Counted from the stretch's first letter, positions 46,524 to 58,329 are shown. The stretch is DNA of 58,329 bases from Perkinsus olseni (GCA_013115125.1 JABANN010000169.1:1-58329), one strand, 5' to 3'. Translations and numbers: made by a program. The notes: generated by a model from the sequence alone, not told the origin.

Positions 46524-49500
46524 TCACTTCCTACACACTTCGTAGTCACTTCCTGTTTCTTCAAAATACTCCTCCCCGACTACGAGGTTGTTGAACTCCG
46601 GTTTCCCGCTACGGAGGTTACGCTGTACACAAATTTTAGGCCCCCGCTCAGCTGATATCTGATGACCCCATTCAACGCCAGCCACTTCAACTACTACTAG
46701 GTGCTGCGCCGACAAGATACAACTAGCACTACGGTAGTGGTAGTTGTACTCCCTCGGAGGTAGAGACACCAGCCCCTTCCTTACTTGGAGGACCGCCAAC
46801 ACCTCATCCGCATTCTCCCGAACCTGCCGAGCCACATTGCCCGACCCTCCTCCGAGAGCCCGCAAGAGCTGCTCCCGGGTCACTGGCTCATCCATAGCAA
46901 TTCTCAATGCCAAACGGTCGGTAAGAATCTGTTCGCGATGACCAAATCGATCACCAGGGCGCGCGCTTTCTCCACGATCCCTACCGAGTTAGGGAATACA
47001 TCTCTCTCCCGTCCGAGCTTGTCGCGCCAGTGCATGAGGGCGGCCAGCATCGGACGACCAACCAATGACAGCGGCGTGTTCGTCTTACAGGACAGCGTTA
47101 TCTGATGAGAGGTAGTGTGAGGACCGGTCTACCATCCCGAGGGAAGCAGAAGCCAACTCATTTTTCTGTGGTTATCAAGATCCGCATGTGGGTGATGAAG
47201 GCTCTGATATCAATACTCATATTATAGAGGAAGAGAAAGCTTTCCTCCGTCATACAAGTAACAACACTCGAAGCGTAAAACCACGCGACAATCGGAATTG
47301 TGAAGGAATGATCGTCGTCAACAGCGGCAGCGACCCCCATGAACCATCACTACCGCATCCTCCATCAAGTCAGAATCGCTGTCTTTGTACGTCTTCAATG
47401 CCACATCGCAGCTACGGTTAATGGTACTCATATACCTGACAAAAATCACCAATATCTTAGCGGAGCGAAGCAGCAACTCAAAACCCCTATCACGACAAAA
47501 TTATGAAAACTACGTTCCCGCTACAGCCGACGAGTCACCGGCCGCAATCTAGGAGACGAGGGAGGCCTTCGACGTTGCCAATGAGACGAGCGGGCGGCGA
47601 CGTAATCGCAAACTTCACAGTGACTACCCACTCTCGCCGCAAACCGATCTCACTACTACTATCACCACCGCGACCCTCCTTCCCCTCGGTTATTATTACA
47701 TTTTCCTCCCGTACGCCGTAACTTTGCCCTCATCAACGCCGCCACCAGCACACAATAGCTGGGCACGCATGCGGTCATAGACATACCTAGAGGGATCAAT
47801 TACTAACGATGGCCCGTGACCGCGCGCCACGAATTTAATTACAGCAGATAATGAACATCATCTCTCGCGTATTGTTTCATTCGGTCCGACAAAGGCCGCT
47901 GCCGCCAGTCCGCCAACTGATTGGCCTTATCCGCTTTGTACCCGCAATAGAAGTCCAAAAGATTCTTCAAACTATACCTGACAAATCGATCACCTGATCG
48001 ATTGCATCCAACCACAAAAGAATCATAAGACCGAACCCTCCCCTTACAACCCGGCAAAAATGAAATAATAATTTTCCCAAAAAAGGCGGAGCGAAGCGAG
48101 GCCGTGAATCTTACCCTCCGCCAAGCTCGAGTACTCGAGCTGCCTGGCCGGTATCAAACATGTTGCAAAGATACGCCGAAAGATCTCTCTGCAGCCACTG
48201 AACGTCCATATCGGCTCCATGCAGCACCTGCTCAATAATCATTTTCCATACCACTCCTCCCACAAATCGTACCTTAACAATACCCGGGTCGCTTGTAATC
48301 CTGTTGAAGTCATGCATTTTGATCATAATGCCCGGGGCCAGGACGTCCACTATATAATCCTTCTTCCGAGTAGCGATCTGAGTGAGACCGAATGAAAGCG
48401 GCAACGCCATGACGAGAAGGTACGAGAGGAACACATACACTTCGAGTGCGGTTCGAACTCACGCCCTCCCGGAAGTCAATTCAGTTCCTTAACCATTACA
48501 CCACACCAGCCGACGACATTCATTACCTGTATAAGGCACGTAAATCCTCGATAACTCTGCATGTTATGATGTTCCAAATCAATCGCCACCTCCGGTGCCT
48601 CTGCCAACTCGTCCAACATCTCATCCACCAACTCCACCGTATCCACCCACATCTAAGGAATACCACACCTCGCCCTATTCCTCGGGCCAATCCTTCCACT
48701 AAATCCTGTCCACCGGCCCAACTCTTCCACTGTCCACAATATTACATTCATAGAAGCGACCGAGGCCCAACCCTTCGCAATAACATTACATCTCCCACGA
48801 CCATCATTACTCTCCCCTAACCCAACCACACCATGCCCAATTCATCCTTCACATAAATCCTAGCCCCCAACCCTCCCATCCATCACCCACTTCTCACAAT
48901 ACCATACTCCCAGTACGCTACTTAGGTCCACTAAAAATTACTCTCTACCACGACCACTCGCCACAATCGATCATTTTCCCGTCGCTCCGCACTACCAGTT
49001 CCGCCCCCTTATTGGGGAGTTGCGGTGTCGGCACTTCCGTCATCTCCCCAACCTCCGCTTCCACCATCTCTCGCCAAGTCCTTATCTCCTCAGCGTACGC
49101 GTGGGGCAGAGGCTCATCCGATACAACTGACAAAACAATAACCGTCACTGCGCCACGAAATTCATCACGACCAGATACAAGTAGCCAACTTTCATCATCG
49201 TCATTTGTGCCTTCCTTCAATCAACAACGCTGGCAATCGGTCCCTCAACGTCAAATTGAAAACAATTTCAAGCGATACTCTGTGCTACCGATATCCATGC
49301 AGGAAGCGTACCAAATTCACCACAATCAAGGTCGAAGTAACCTCTGATACTTCGATCAACAAAGAAAATAACGGGAGACTACTCCGGGAGACCGCCCCGC
49401 GCATGAGATCACGATCCAGCGCGAGCGAAAACGTCTCACAGTTTCCATTCGTCCAGAACCATGCAGGCATAGGGCAAATCCCTGATCACCGGCAATTTCA

Positions 49501-50760
49501 CACGAGCTACATTAAAACCCCATTTCACCCAACAGACACCGTGAATTAACCGATTCCACCTAGCTTCCCCCATACCATACATCCCACAACTCCTATTACC
49601 GCCATTTTGAGCATCCACGATTGCCTTTGGTATGGGTAGGTCGCTATTGTGTTTCACCTTCAATCGGGGCACCTGAGGTGAGCCAATCACGACTATCTCG
49701 GGAGAAGGATCAATCAGCCTACGAATCGCGGACGGTAATTATCAACCAGCTCCTTGAAGTTATCCTGAGGTCGCCACGACAACTCCTTAACTTCAGCTTC
49801 ACGCTTGAAGCCGCCGTCCAATCCTGATAGAAAAAGTGTAAAATCCTACGTACACCCTGGCCACGAGTCGCATAACACTCCATGACGACACCGAACGATG
49901 GACTAGTTCGTTCATCACCCACACGATCCAAAGAACTACTTTAAACTATCAACCATTAAAGGACCCCGAAAATCCGTGATGTCTCTCGACACACAAAAAT
50001 GATTCGCCTCGTAATCTAAATTATACGTCAACAAGTTTAACAACCTCTCCTCACGGGTGGCAATTAAACACTCTCCTAATTACGAGGTGGTTAATTACAA
50101 GCTACACGGTAGCCTCTTAGGACAGCACTGTCTTTGCAACTCAATGGTACGATAACAGCGACTGCGCGACGAACGACGTAGAATAACCGTTGAGTCCCGT
50201 TGACGCGGCAGCCACGACAGCCTGTTCAGCCCCAACACCCCTCCCCCCTCAGAAATGACCGTCCCCTCTTTCTACTACCAGCCCCATCTCGTGTAGCATC
50301 ACCCACTATCTTGTGATCGGCCGCATCCTTGATCTTGAACGCTTCATCAACCCGCCCGAAGAGGTTATCAATAGCGTCTTCGAACTCTCCCCAATCGCCT
50401 ATCCGCTTAGCGTGAACTTCGGGGTCGCTGAAACGGCGGAAAATCAGCACAAATGGTAAAAAATAACAACGAAGCGGCGCCATGAAGACAGAATATGAGA
50501 AGTTCCTTAGTGGACTTCCAATCCGATTGCGGATAGACCGTCCGCTGGTCAGCACATTTCTACTGCTATCGAGAGGAAACGCACATCATCGCGGTTCGAC
50601 AGGAGTCGTAAAAACTGACTTTAGAATTTTCTAGAATTTACCAAATGGCAATGGAAATCATTACAATTGTAAACAACTACCTGAAGGGACTTCTCGCAAG
50701 TTGCATGGCCAACTTCGTGAACCAAGAAGACTAATCGTCCCTTCACGAGAGTGCCATACG
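46524..50760 (-). CDS. RRP6: Exosome 3'-5' exonuclease RRP6/EXOSC10; 5' end uncertain
   Basis: AIDLEHHNMQSYRGFTCLIQIAT, KVLHGADMDVQWLQRD, NMFDTGQAARVL, ADWRQRPLS..MKQYARDDVHYLLYVYD (DEDDy exonuclease); HRDC-like WRDKLGRERD...P.TREQL. Confidence 0.95.
48438..48510 (-). pseudogene. Decayed Leu/Ser-type tRNA inside an RRP6 intron (48378-48526)
   Basis: GCTGGTGTGGTGTAATGGTTAAGG...GGGAGGGCGTGAGTTCGAACCGCACTCGAAGTG: A box and B box in tRNA order; the anticodon arm has collapsed. Confidence 0.7.
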
Positions 50761-52002
50761 GGCTTCCCAGACACCGCTAAAATGACTTTCTCAGAATCCT
50801 TCGCCGGACTTCCCAAACGACGTGATCTCCATGGGATAAACGATGTGCTCCATCCCGTTCATTACAGTTTTTTGAATAGCCTGCCAAGTAGATGAACGAC
50901 CCTCTCCCCGGCTGCTTCGCTCCGCTCACTCATATCTTCAATACTGGACATAACCGAATAATCTGTACCACTGGGTAGGTGTGACGCCGACCTGCATCAG
51001 AAGGACGCAGATAGAAATAAATACCACTCCTCCCCGTCATCACGAATATGAGCCAGCGCCATCTCGACCACTCCGATAGACGACCACGTGAACAGTTGCA
51101 CGACAGTGTCCGGGGAATCACGAGAGCATGCAATTTATTTGAAAATCCGTGGCGTTGATAGGCTTCCCCGGTGGGATGATTTCAGAATCTCTTTGACGAG
51201 AAGTTTGATAATAGTTGTCATCAACGAAAATATCATTTCTCGAAGGAGATATCCGACACTCTTCGCTGACCTGCTACGAGGCGATCATCAAAAGCCCCCG
51301 GCCGAAAGACTCTTGTTAGTTGAGAATACAACAAGTGGGTTGCTATTGGAGAGTGGGCCTGCTCGACTGCACCGTTCCTGGGTGGAAAGGAGCGCTTCAC
51401 GGTGTCCACATTACCGTGTGAATTTACTTTCCCGATAGAATAATGAAATGAAGCGAGAATTGAAATTTTTTAGAGTGGAAACAGAATTTTACACGCCTGG
51501 CATGGCAGATTACACGGATCACAAGTGAAGCGTTCATCAACAGCCTCAACCAGCCAAACAGACAGCGCCCGCGAACAAAGGCCCATCAAAAGTAGGTAGT
51601 ATAGAAGTGCTTGCTAACTACGGTGCCCGAGTCAGCGTTGAATGTGAATGACCTCTCCCGTATTACACTAAGGCCTTCCTCGTCTTGCTGAGCATCTTCT
51701 GAACGAACTCATCTTGACCTAAGATACTCGCAAGCTTCGGGTCAACCTCCGTGCAAGTGGCCATAGAAGTGATAGCAGCAAAGACACCACTGAAGTCTCA
51801 CCATTTACCCAGCACCGGTGGGAAGTAAACAACAACCAGAGCAGACCTCACTACCGAGATGGGGTACTTCCAACGAATCCACGAGACATGCAGCGCTTCG
51901 CTCCGCCTAAAAATCAAGATTTTTCTCGACCGCCCTAAAACAAACACTCCAATCAAAACCATTTTCCCAAACAACTTCAGTTCCGCAACCCCCTACTGTG
52001 AA

Positions 52003-52341
52003 ATGCTCGGTTTCATGCGCTTGCTCATCATCGGTGTCCTCTTCGTCCTCAGTACTCGTGCCTTGGAGGTAAGCATCCGAGGTCGACCCGTAGCTGATAC
52101 GGATATCATGATTCCTTGTCCTTAGTTGACGGGTGGTGGCGCCGGTGGAGGCAGAGGGTTGAGCTCGGGTGCCAAAACAAAGAAGGGCATTTCAACCGTG
52201 AAGGGCGCTTATAAGTTGAAAGATGGTGGAAAGGAGTATCGTGAAGAACAGGAGGAAAAGGAGGCAGCCGCGGGGACTGCTGGTGGTGAAGACGAGAAAG
52301 GCGGTGGGAAACCATGGGCGAAGAGTGCTCGCGGAAAGTAA
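52003..52341 (+). CDS. Small secreted Gly/charged protein (paralogue A); may have further exons
   Basis: Exon1 52003-52068 MLGFMRLLIIGVLFVLSTRALE, GT-AG intron, exon2 from 52126 LTGGGAGGGR... Confidence 0.7.
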
Positions 52342-52813
52342 GACGAGGCTTGTGTTCAATAGAATCATTGTCATCAGCTTTGGCTCTTCAGGTTCTTCTC
52401 GACCAAAAAAGGTGCGGAGAGGAGATGAGAGAGCATGAACCTTGCTGAGGCTATGCTGTTGGATGTTGTAAGCGACGCGGTTGCGTTTCTTGATAGATCA
52501 TCTGAAGGGGCATCAAAGCAGGCTAATCAGCAGCGGGCTATACCACGATCCCCGAACTGGCTTCCTCTATCAAGGAAGCGCGACGCCAAAGGGTTCAATG
52601 GGCCAGTCCGAGCAGCGGTACGGACCAATCGAGAATTCTGAGGAGATTGATTGTGGAGTCTGGCGAGGGCTCTCTTGCAGTGACACACCGATGGTCTCTT
52701 GTTATCAACGGGCGTCGATTTCGCGATATTAACTGCGAAATGTGTTTTCATCTTGCGGGTGAAAGTCCTTTATCCCACGACCAAGGTGCTCAGCTGCTTG
52801 CTTCATCATCATA

Positions 52814-53307
52814 ATGCTTCTTAACATCATCATACGCTTCTTCGTCATCGGAGTGTTCCTCATCCCGGATGCCCATACCTTAGAGGTGAGTTGGAAGGCA
52901 ACTGGAGGTCCATCGGTGCTGGCTCCATCCGTTTTATATTACCTGACTCGGACTACCTCTTTTATCAAGGCACGCTTGTCTGAATTACATCTCGAGATTG
53001 CAACGAAGAGGATATGATGGTTAATGCCCTTACCTCTCAGTTAACGGGCGGAGGCAGTGGGGGTGGTGGCGGGAGGAGTCCCGATGCTAAAATGAAAACC
53101 GCTGTGCGCGCTGTCAGCACTATGCTCGAGTTTCAGCGGCGTGCGAAGGAGCGTCGAGATTCACAGAATGCGAAAGAGAAGCGAAAATCGTGGGCATTCC
53201 GTGCCTTCTCGTCGTGAGTTAACCCACATTCTAAACCCTTTAAGTATTGCCCGCTCAGTAGGACTGTCGACAGAGAGGAAGACACAGATGGGGAGGCAAG
53301 AAAATGA
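52814..53307 (+). CDS. Small secreted Gly/charged protein (paralogue B)
   Basis: Exon1 52814-52885 MLLNIIIRFFVIGVFLIPDAHTLE; exon2 from 53041 LTGGGSGGGGGRSP.AK.K, aligning with paralogue A. Confidence 0.7.
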
Positions 53308-53899
53308 TTACTCATGGTGACGGAGATATGCTGTTAGATGTTAGAATTCACTCGCTTGCGTTTGTCAGTATGTCCTTGCCGAGGACCTCGTGGGCGATTG
53401 ATCTACCCAAGAGGTGCTTGCGGTACACGATGGGAACCATGACGGACTAGGACTGTACTTTAGCCACTCGATGGGCTGAGCCCATTGGGCTCTGAGGTCC
53501 ATCATCGGTGGTGTAGACAGATGGTCTAAGACCATAGATGGCTCGGAAACCGATCGGCCAAGGCTCGGCTCGGCTCGGCGGGAGGTCTGCTCGTGTACGT
53601 CCTGAAGACGGAGAGGCTGCAGCGTTTCTTCAACCACGCAGTTCAGTCAAGCGTAGCAGACGGTTAGACCACGCCACCGAATCGAAGAAACCTCTTTGAT
53701 CTCCTCCTGAATCCCGCACCCACACGCTCGCGCCTTCCGCTGGGATTCCCCAGCAGCCCTCTGCACGCCCAGTGAACTCGGAAGTAGGCTGCTACTATCT
53801 ACTGCTAGTATCCCTCGGCCTGACTTGTTCAGCTCAATCTCGCCCTTGCGAATTGATCCCCGAGTGTCGCAGCTAGAAAGTGCTAGACTCCCTGACTCT

Positions 53900-54318
53900 G
53901 TGCATGAGTCCTCCGAGAACCCGACAGTTGACAAAACGATCTTTGTGTTTGGCATGTCGTTGTTACTGCCTAGAGTGCCGGTCTCTCAGCCGTTATCCGC
54001 CCTCACCGGTTCCACCGCGCGGTATTGCCTGCTCTGTTCCCAGCCTTAGCCAGTGCCCGCGACTTCGGATGTCCGGATGTGATGACTTCCGCCTACCCAC
54101 CCGAGCTTAGTGGCCCCTTGGGATGGGCTGCTGATCTCCGACCGACTCTCGGCACGACACGTCATTCACTCAAATCTCGCCCCCGCATGGGTTACAGGTG
54201 GTCGCTACTCACCCGGCTTACTCAATAAAGGATGTCACGGCTCTATGCGGTACAATGTACACAAGATTGGGAATGGTGTGGTATGACATGCACACATATG
54301 TTTTGTGTAATATGTCCC
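53900..54318. repeat. Direct repeat copy 1 (over 400 bp)
   Basis: High identity to 57912-58329 (CCCGACAGTTGACAAAACGATC ... GGTATGACATGCACACATA), offset about 4012 bp. Confidence 0.95.
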
Positions 54319-54893
54319 GCCTTTTTGTAGATTGGGGCTCTTGCGCTGTCCCCGTATCACCGTTCGCTTGTGGGGATTCAACAGAGCGAACTCGTCCCCG
54401 AGTGACGGTAAGATTGTGACTGAATTCATGTTGTATTGATTTGTGACGCTCAGTAATGGTGCAACCACGACAAACTGCCTGAACCACATACCTCGACACA
54501 CCCTGTGTTTTCAAGCATCGCGCACCTCCTTCGGTTCCGTAACTCTTCTCAGTGATCAATTACGCTGAGATCGATCAAAACACACCGCTCGAACTGAGGA
54601 GTCGAGGGGGTAATTTGAAGTTGCTAGTCCATGATGGTGATTGAGCCAATGGAAATCCCGAGCAGTCAGGACTGCCTGAACACGGAGCCTTTAACAACAA
54701 AATGAATGAAGGCTTATCAAAGTATAAGACTTTCGAAAGCAAGCCTTGGTGTCGTAGAATAAATTAGCCGAAATTCAGGAGGAGCGACCGTGACTGCCGT
54801 CCTCGCTTACGAATGATAAAGTACACCGGTGTCAACTCAAACAGCAGAAAATAGGGGTTTGGGACACCTCATTAGGCAAGAGCGGAGCCGAAG

Positions 54894-56249
54894 TTACTGG
54901 TGAAGAGGTGAATCAGCGTCGCCACGAAGGGCACGTGATGACCTCGACGGCAGCAGACTGATGGCGTGCTGCACAGTTCTAAGAGCATTGATTGCTCCAC
55001 TCCGTATCGTTTGCGGCATCAGGATGGGCATCTCACACACGACAGGATCCACGTTCGCCAGCATCAGAGGCTTTACCAGGCTCGGCTCAACATCCATTGA
55101 TAATAGAATGGCAGCGAGACCAGCGACAATCGGCTGAGCAGCTGATGTGCCGCTGAAGTACCCCAGATTACCGTTCGCGTCACGCCCAGTGAAAATATTG
55201 GTACCATAGGCGGCTACGTCGACCCGTTCCCCCCAACTCGAGAAGGTGTTGAGCACATTCATAGTACTATTATCCTGCAAGTAGGCGACACATATGCCTA
55301 GTGGTCCACCATACCAACAAGGGTAGGTATCAGCCGCACGACCAGAATTGTTACCAGCAGAGGACACTAGCAGGATGCCATTCTCCTGTGCAGCGCGTAG
55401 AGCGTTCAACAGCTGATGCTGTTGAGCCGAATCATAGTAACTGAGACCATAACCGAAGGACATTGATATGATATCTACCTCCAGATCAATAGCCATGTCG
55501 ATAGCTGCCAGAAACTTGGACAGAGGCATACTTTTATCGTCATTTACCATCTGTAGAGCGACCAACGAGACGTTGGGAGCAACTCCAGCAATACCAAACG
55601 AATCGTTACCCTTCGCCGCGAGGATTTTACTAACTTTAGTGCCGTGGGTATTCAAGTTTGTCAGGACGGGCGAATTGGTGAAGAAGTTCCATCCGCCATG
55701 TATATACTCGCCGTTCTTCCTTCGCAATGTTCCCTTCACCGCAGCGAAGTCCGGGTCGGTCCAGTCGATACCGGAGTCGAGAACGGCCACCTTGACCTTC
55801 CGTTTGACATGAGGAAGAGCAAGCCTCCAAACCTCACCCATCTCCATCCATTTCAAATGCTTTTGATACGCGGCACCAGGATCATCAACATGCAGGTCGC
55901 TATCGAAATGACCGAAGGATTCACCGTCGGCATCCTCACCACAGTCGGCTTGGAGTCCGAGCTTGACGCTGGCCGTAGACACGAAGTCGCACAGAGTATC
56001 GCTGTCGATAGTATTGGATGAAGTCTTCACCACTTGTGAATGGACATATCCGAGAGTGGTGACATCAGCGGTATTCAGGAAAGAGACAATCCTTCGGTCA
56101 GTGAATGAGTGACCGGCGTTCACCAACAATTGCGGCAGATGACGGACATCGACATCGTCGGAGCCAGATTTGATGGACACGATTGTGTCACTTAACGGGG
56201 CCGTGGCACCGACTAGAGAGGCGAGGGAAATAGCCGATGAAATGCGCAT
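54894..56249 (-). CDS. Secreted subtilisin-like serine protease (S8), 451 aa, intronless
   Basis: Signal peptide and prodomain; triad motifs VAVLDSG, HGT, GTSAA; oxyanion SAGN. Confidence 0.96.
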   Translation of the reverse strand: MRISSAISLASLVGATAPLSDTIVSIKSGSDDVDVRHLPQLLVNAGHSFTDRRIVSFLNTADVTTLGYVHSQVVKTSSNTIDSDTLCDFVSTASVKLGLQADCGEDADGESFGHFDSDLHVDDPGAAYQKHLKWMEMGEVWRLALPHVKRKVKVAVLDSGIDWTDPDFAAVKGTLRRKNGEYIHGGWNFFTNSPVLTNLNTHGTKVSKILAAKGNDSFGIAGVAPNVSLVALQMVNDDKSMPLSKFLAAIDMAIDLEVDIISMSFGYGLSYYDSAQQHQLLNALRAAQENGILLVSSAGNNSGRAADTYPCWYGGPLGICVAYLQDNSTMNVLNTFSSWGERVDVAAYGTNIFTGRDANGNLGYFSGTSAAQPIVAGLAAILLSMDVEPSLVKPLMLANVDPVVCEMPILMPQTIRSGAINALRTVQHAISLLPSRSSRALRGDADSPLHQ

Positions 56250-56817
56250 AGGAGAACAGGGAATACTGAAGAGCTAGGGACTGAGCCGGCTGTTTGGGCG
56301 ATCCAGGGACGACCACTCCACAGGGATCCCAACTCGATTCCGGGAGATGAGACGTGACCTTGAGAAGCAATTTCTAGAGCATAGTTACGACGAGACGGCA
56401 ACGGGGTGCACTGCACGCGGTGCAGTCTCGTTGGATCCGGCGAGACTGTCTTTTGCCGAGATGGATCAACCTGCGTCTCCTCGCGTCTCGAGGTATCAGG
56501 TGTCTGTCTACGGTGCTGGAACTATGAAGACCTGATGGATGAAGGCGTTCATCGAGGCCATCAGGTCCTGACGAGTGCTAACCAAGGCGCAGTCTGGCTA
56601 TAATGAGTGCTAAGCACTTGGAAGAAGCCCAGACGGGTCGAGATACACTTCGTTGAACCCACGCCCAGTGATTGGCTAGGGCCAGAATCTGTCCCATCAC
56701 ATACATGCCCTCGCCCGTATTTTCCCTCATCTTCCTTCGCTATACTTTAGTGCCCAGCGTAACTCGCCAATATTTTTCCGCTTGCCATTGCTATTCGCTT
56801 CTGTGATTCTTAATTTA

Positions 56818-57200
56818 ATGCTCAGCGTCACCCGCCTACTCCTCATCGGAGCATCAATCATTCCGAGTACTCTTGCCGTGGAGGTGAGCTCGAAGAAACA
56901 GCGACGGCTTCACTTTATTCTTACGATTGTATCGGCACTTCATCCCGGCTAAATACTAATTCAAAATCGACCCTGGGCGTCACATCATCGCAGGTAATTT
57001 TCATTCCGTTCTTATCAGTCGACTAATAGAGGCACGAGTCACTCAAATCATCAACAGCGAACCTTGGGAGCTGTACACCGGGCGGACATTCTTCAACAGG
57101 GCGGAGTCCGCGAGGAATTGGGCGAGGATGGAGCAGCCCGAGACGGCATCGAACAGCAGATGGAGGGAGTGTCTTGGGCGATACGAGAGACGGACAGGTC
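56818..57200 (+). CDS. Small secreted protein (paralogue C); 3' part tentative
   Basis: Exon1 56818-56883 MLSVTRLLLIGASIIPSTLAVE|GTGAG matches the signal exon of paralogues A and B; it lies 4004 bp after B. Confidence 0.5.
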
Positions 57201-57911
57201 AGCATTCTTACTTCTCCTCAAGGACGAATCAATCACCATCATCCGTCCATCAGGTTCCACAGGAAAACAAGGCAGTGAAATGGATAGCTACCATCATTGT
57301 GCGTGTTAATTGTCACACTGTACTCAGTCGCGTTGGATGGTGAGGCCTGCGTAGGCGTTAGTGAATACGATAGCAAGGGTGGAACGACGCGGCTGCTCTT
57401 TCGCATCATCTTCGCGCTGCACAGGATGCGTATTCCTGAGCATAACCCGCGGCAGCACTACCGAATGAATCATGCGCTTTGCACCGTCGACTCCTCAAGG
57501 CCATACTAAGTCTCCTCACGCGATACCGTTCTCTCAACGGACGTTCGGAGTCGATAAGGAGGAATCGATTAATCGAGATTAAGATCGAGACTCCCACTCA
57601 TGTGGCCCCGGCGACCTCCTAGCGGATCGTCAGTGGCGATGGGGTTTGGAACAGCAAAGTATCTTCTGGTGAACTCCCCAGGTCGATCGATCTGCGGTAG
57701 GTCCCCGTTGAAGCTGTTGTAACAGTTTTATGATAATACTCTTACCTGTCGCCATGTCGAGTAACTCACGGTTGACTGCCGGGGCTACCATTATGTATAA
57801 GCAGTCACTGGTCGATAAATCTGTGGCTCAGGGCCAAGTGGCAGAGCCGTAGGATACTAATCGAACAACTGCCCGATCTCGAGTGGGTTCGGAGTCGCTA
57901 CCCTCATTACT

Positions 57912-58329
57912 CTATGGAAGTCCTCTTGAGGCCCGACAGTTGACAAAACGATCTTAGTGTTTAGCATGTCGTTGTCATTGCCTAGAGTGTCGATCTCTCA
58001 GCCGCTATCGACCCTCACCGGTTCCACCGCGCGGTATTGCCTGCTCTGTTCCCAGCCTTAGCCAGTGCCCGCGGCTTCGGATGTTCGGATGTGATGACCT
58101 CCGCCTACCCACCCGAACTTAGTGGCCCCTTAGGATGGGCTGCTGATCTCCGACCGACTCTCGGCACGACACGCCATTCACTCACATCTCGCCCCCGCAT
58201 GGGTTACAGGTGCTCGCTACACACCCGGCTTGTTTAATAAGGGATGTCACGGCTCTATCCGGTACAATGTACACAAGATTGGAAATGGTGTGGTATGACA
58301 TGCACACATACGTTTTGTGTAACATGTCC
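57912..58329. repeat. Direct repeat copy 2 (runs off the window end)
   Basis: Aligns with 53900-54318. Confidence 0.95.

Noticed and set aside
54636-54655. Partial resemblance to a spliced-leader relic (TTGGCTCAA on the minus strand)
   Set aside because: Only 9 nt match; too short to support.

Overview
Eukaryotic, gene-dense, intron-rich DNA with very short (about 40-60 nt) GT-AG introns. The architecture and gene families (many small signal-peptide proteins, intronless subtilisin) suggest an alveolate of the Perkinsus type; this is inference, not a database match. Recognisable genes: two tandem secreted-protein paralogues, a SET-domain gene, tRNA-Ser(GCT), a UBE2G/Ubc7-type E2, a three-repeat secreted protein, a membrane-anchored astacin, a FAM166/CIMIP-like PGY-repeat protein, two tandem cytochrome P450s (the second a frameshifted pseudogene), a PTEN/C2-FH1-FH2 formin, a decayed secreted-protein gene, TIM9, an SLC35A-type nucleotide-sugar transporter, RRP6, three small secreted paralogues and a subtilisin within a 4-kb tandem unit. 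There are also TA-flanked MITE candidates. The most unusual signal is that several spliceosomal introns appear to be built from tRNA pieces. Three 47-55 nt introns are essentially tRNA 3' halves (two sense, one antisense), an RRP6 intron holds a decayed whole tRNA, an intact tRNA-Ser lies inside the SET gene, and four other short introns share an A-box-like 13-mer. The SET domain itself appears to have its C-terminal half encoded before its N-terminal half. Exon boundaries were read by eye and need RNA-seq confirmation.
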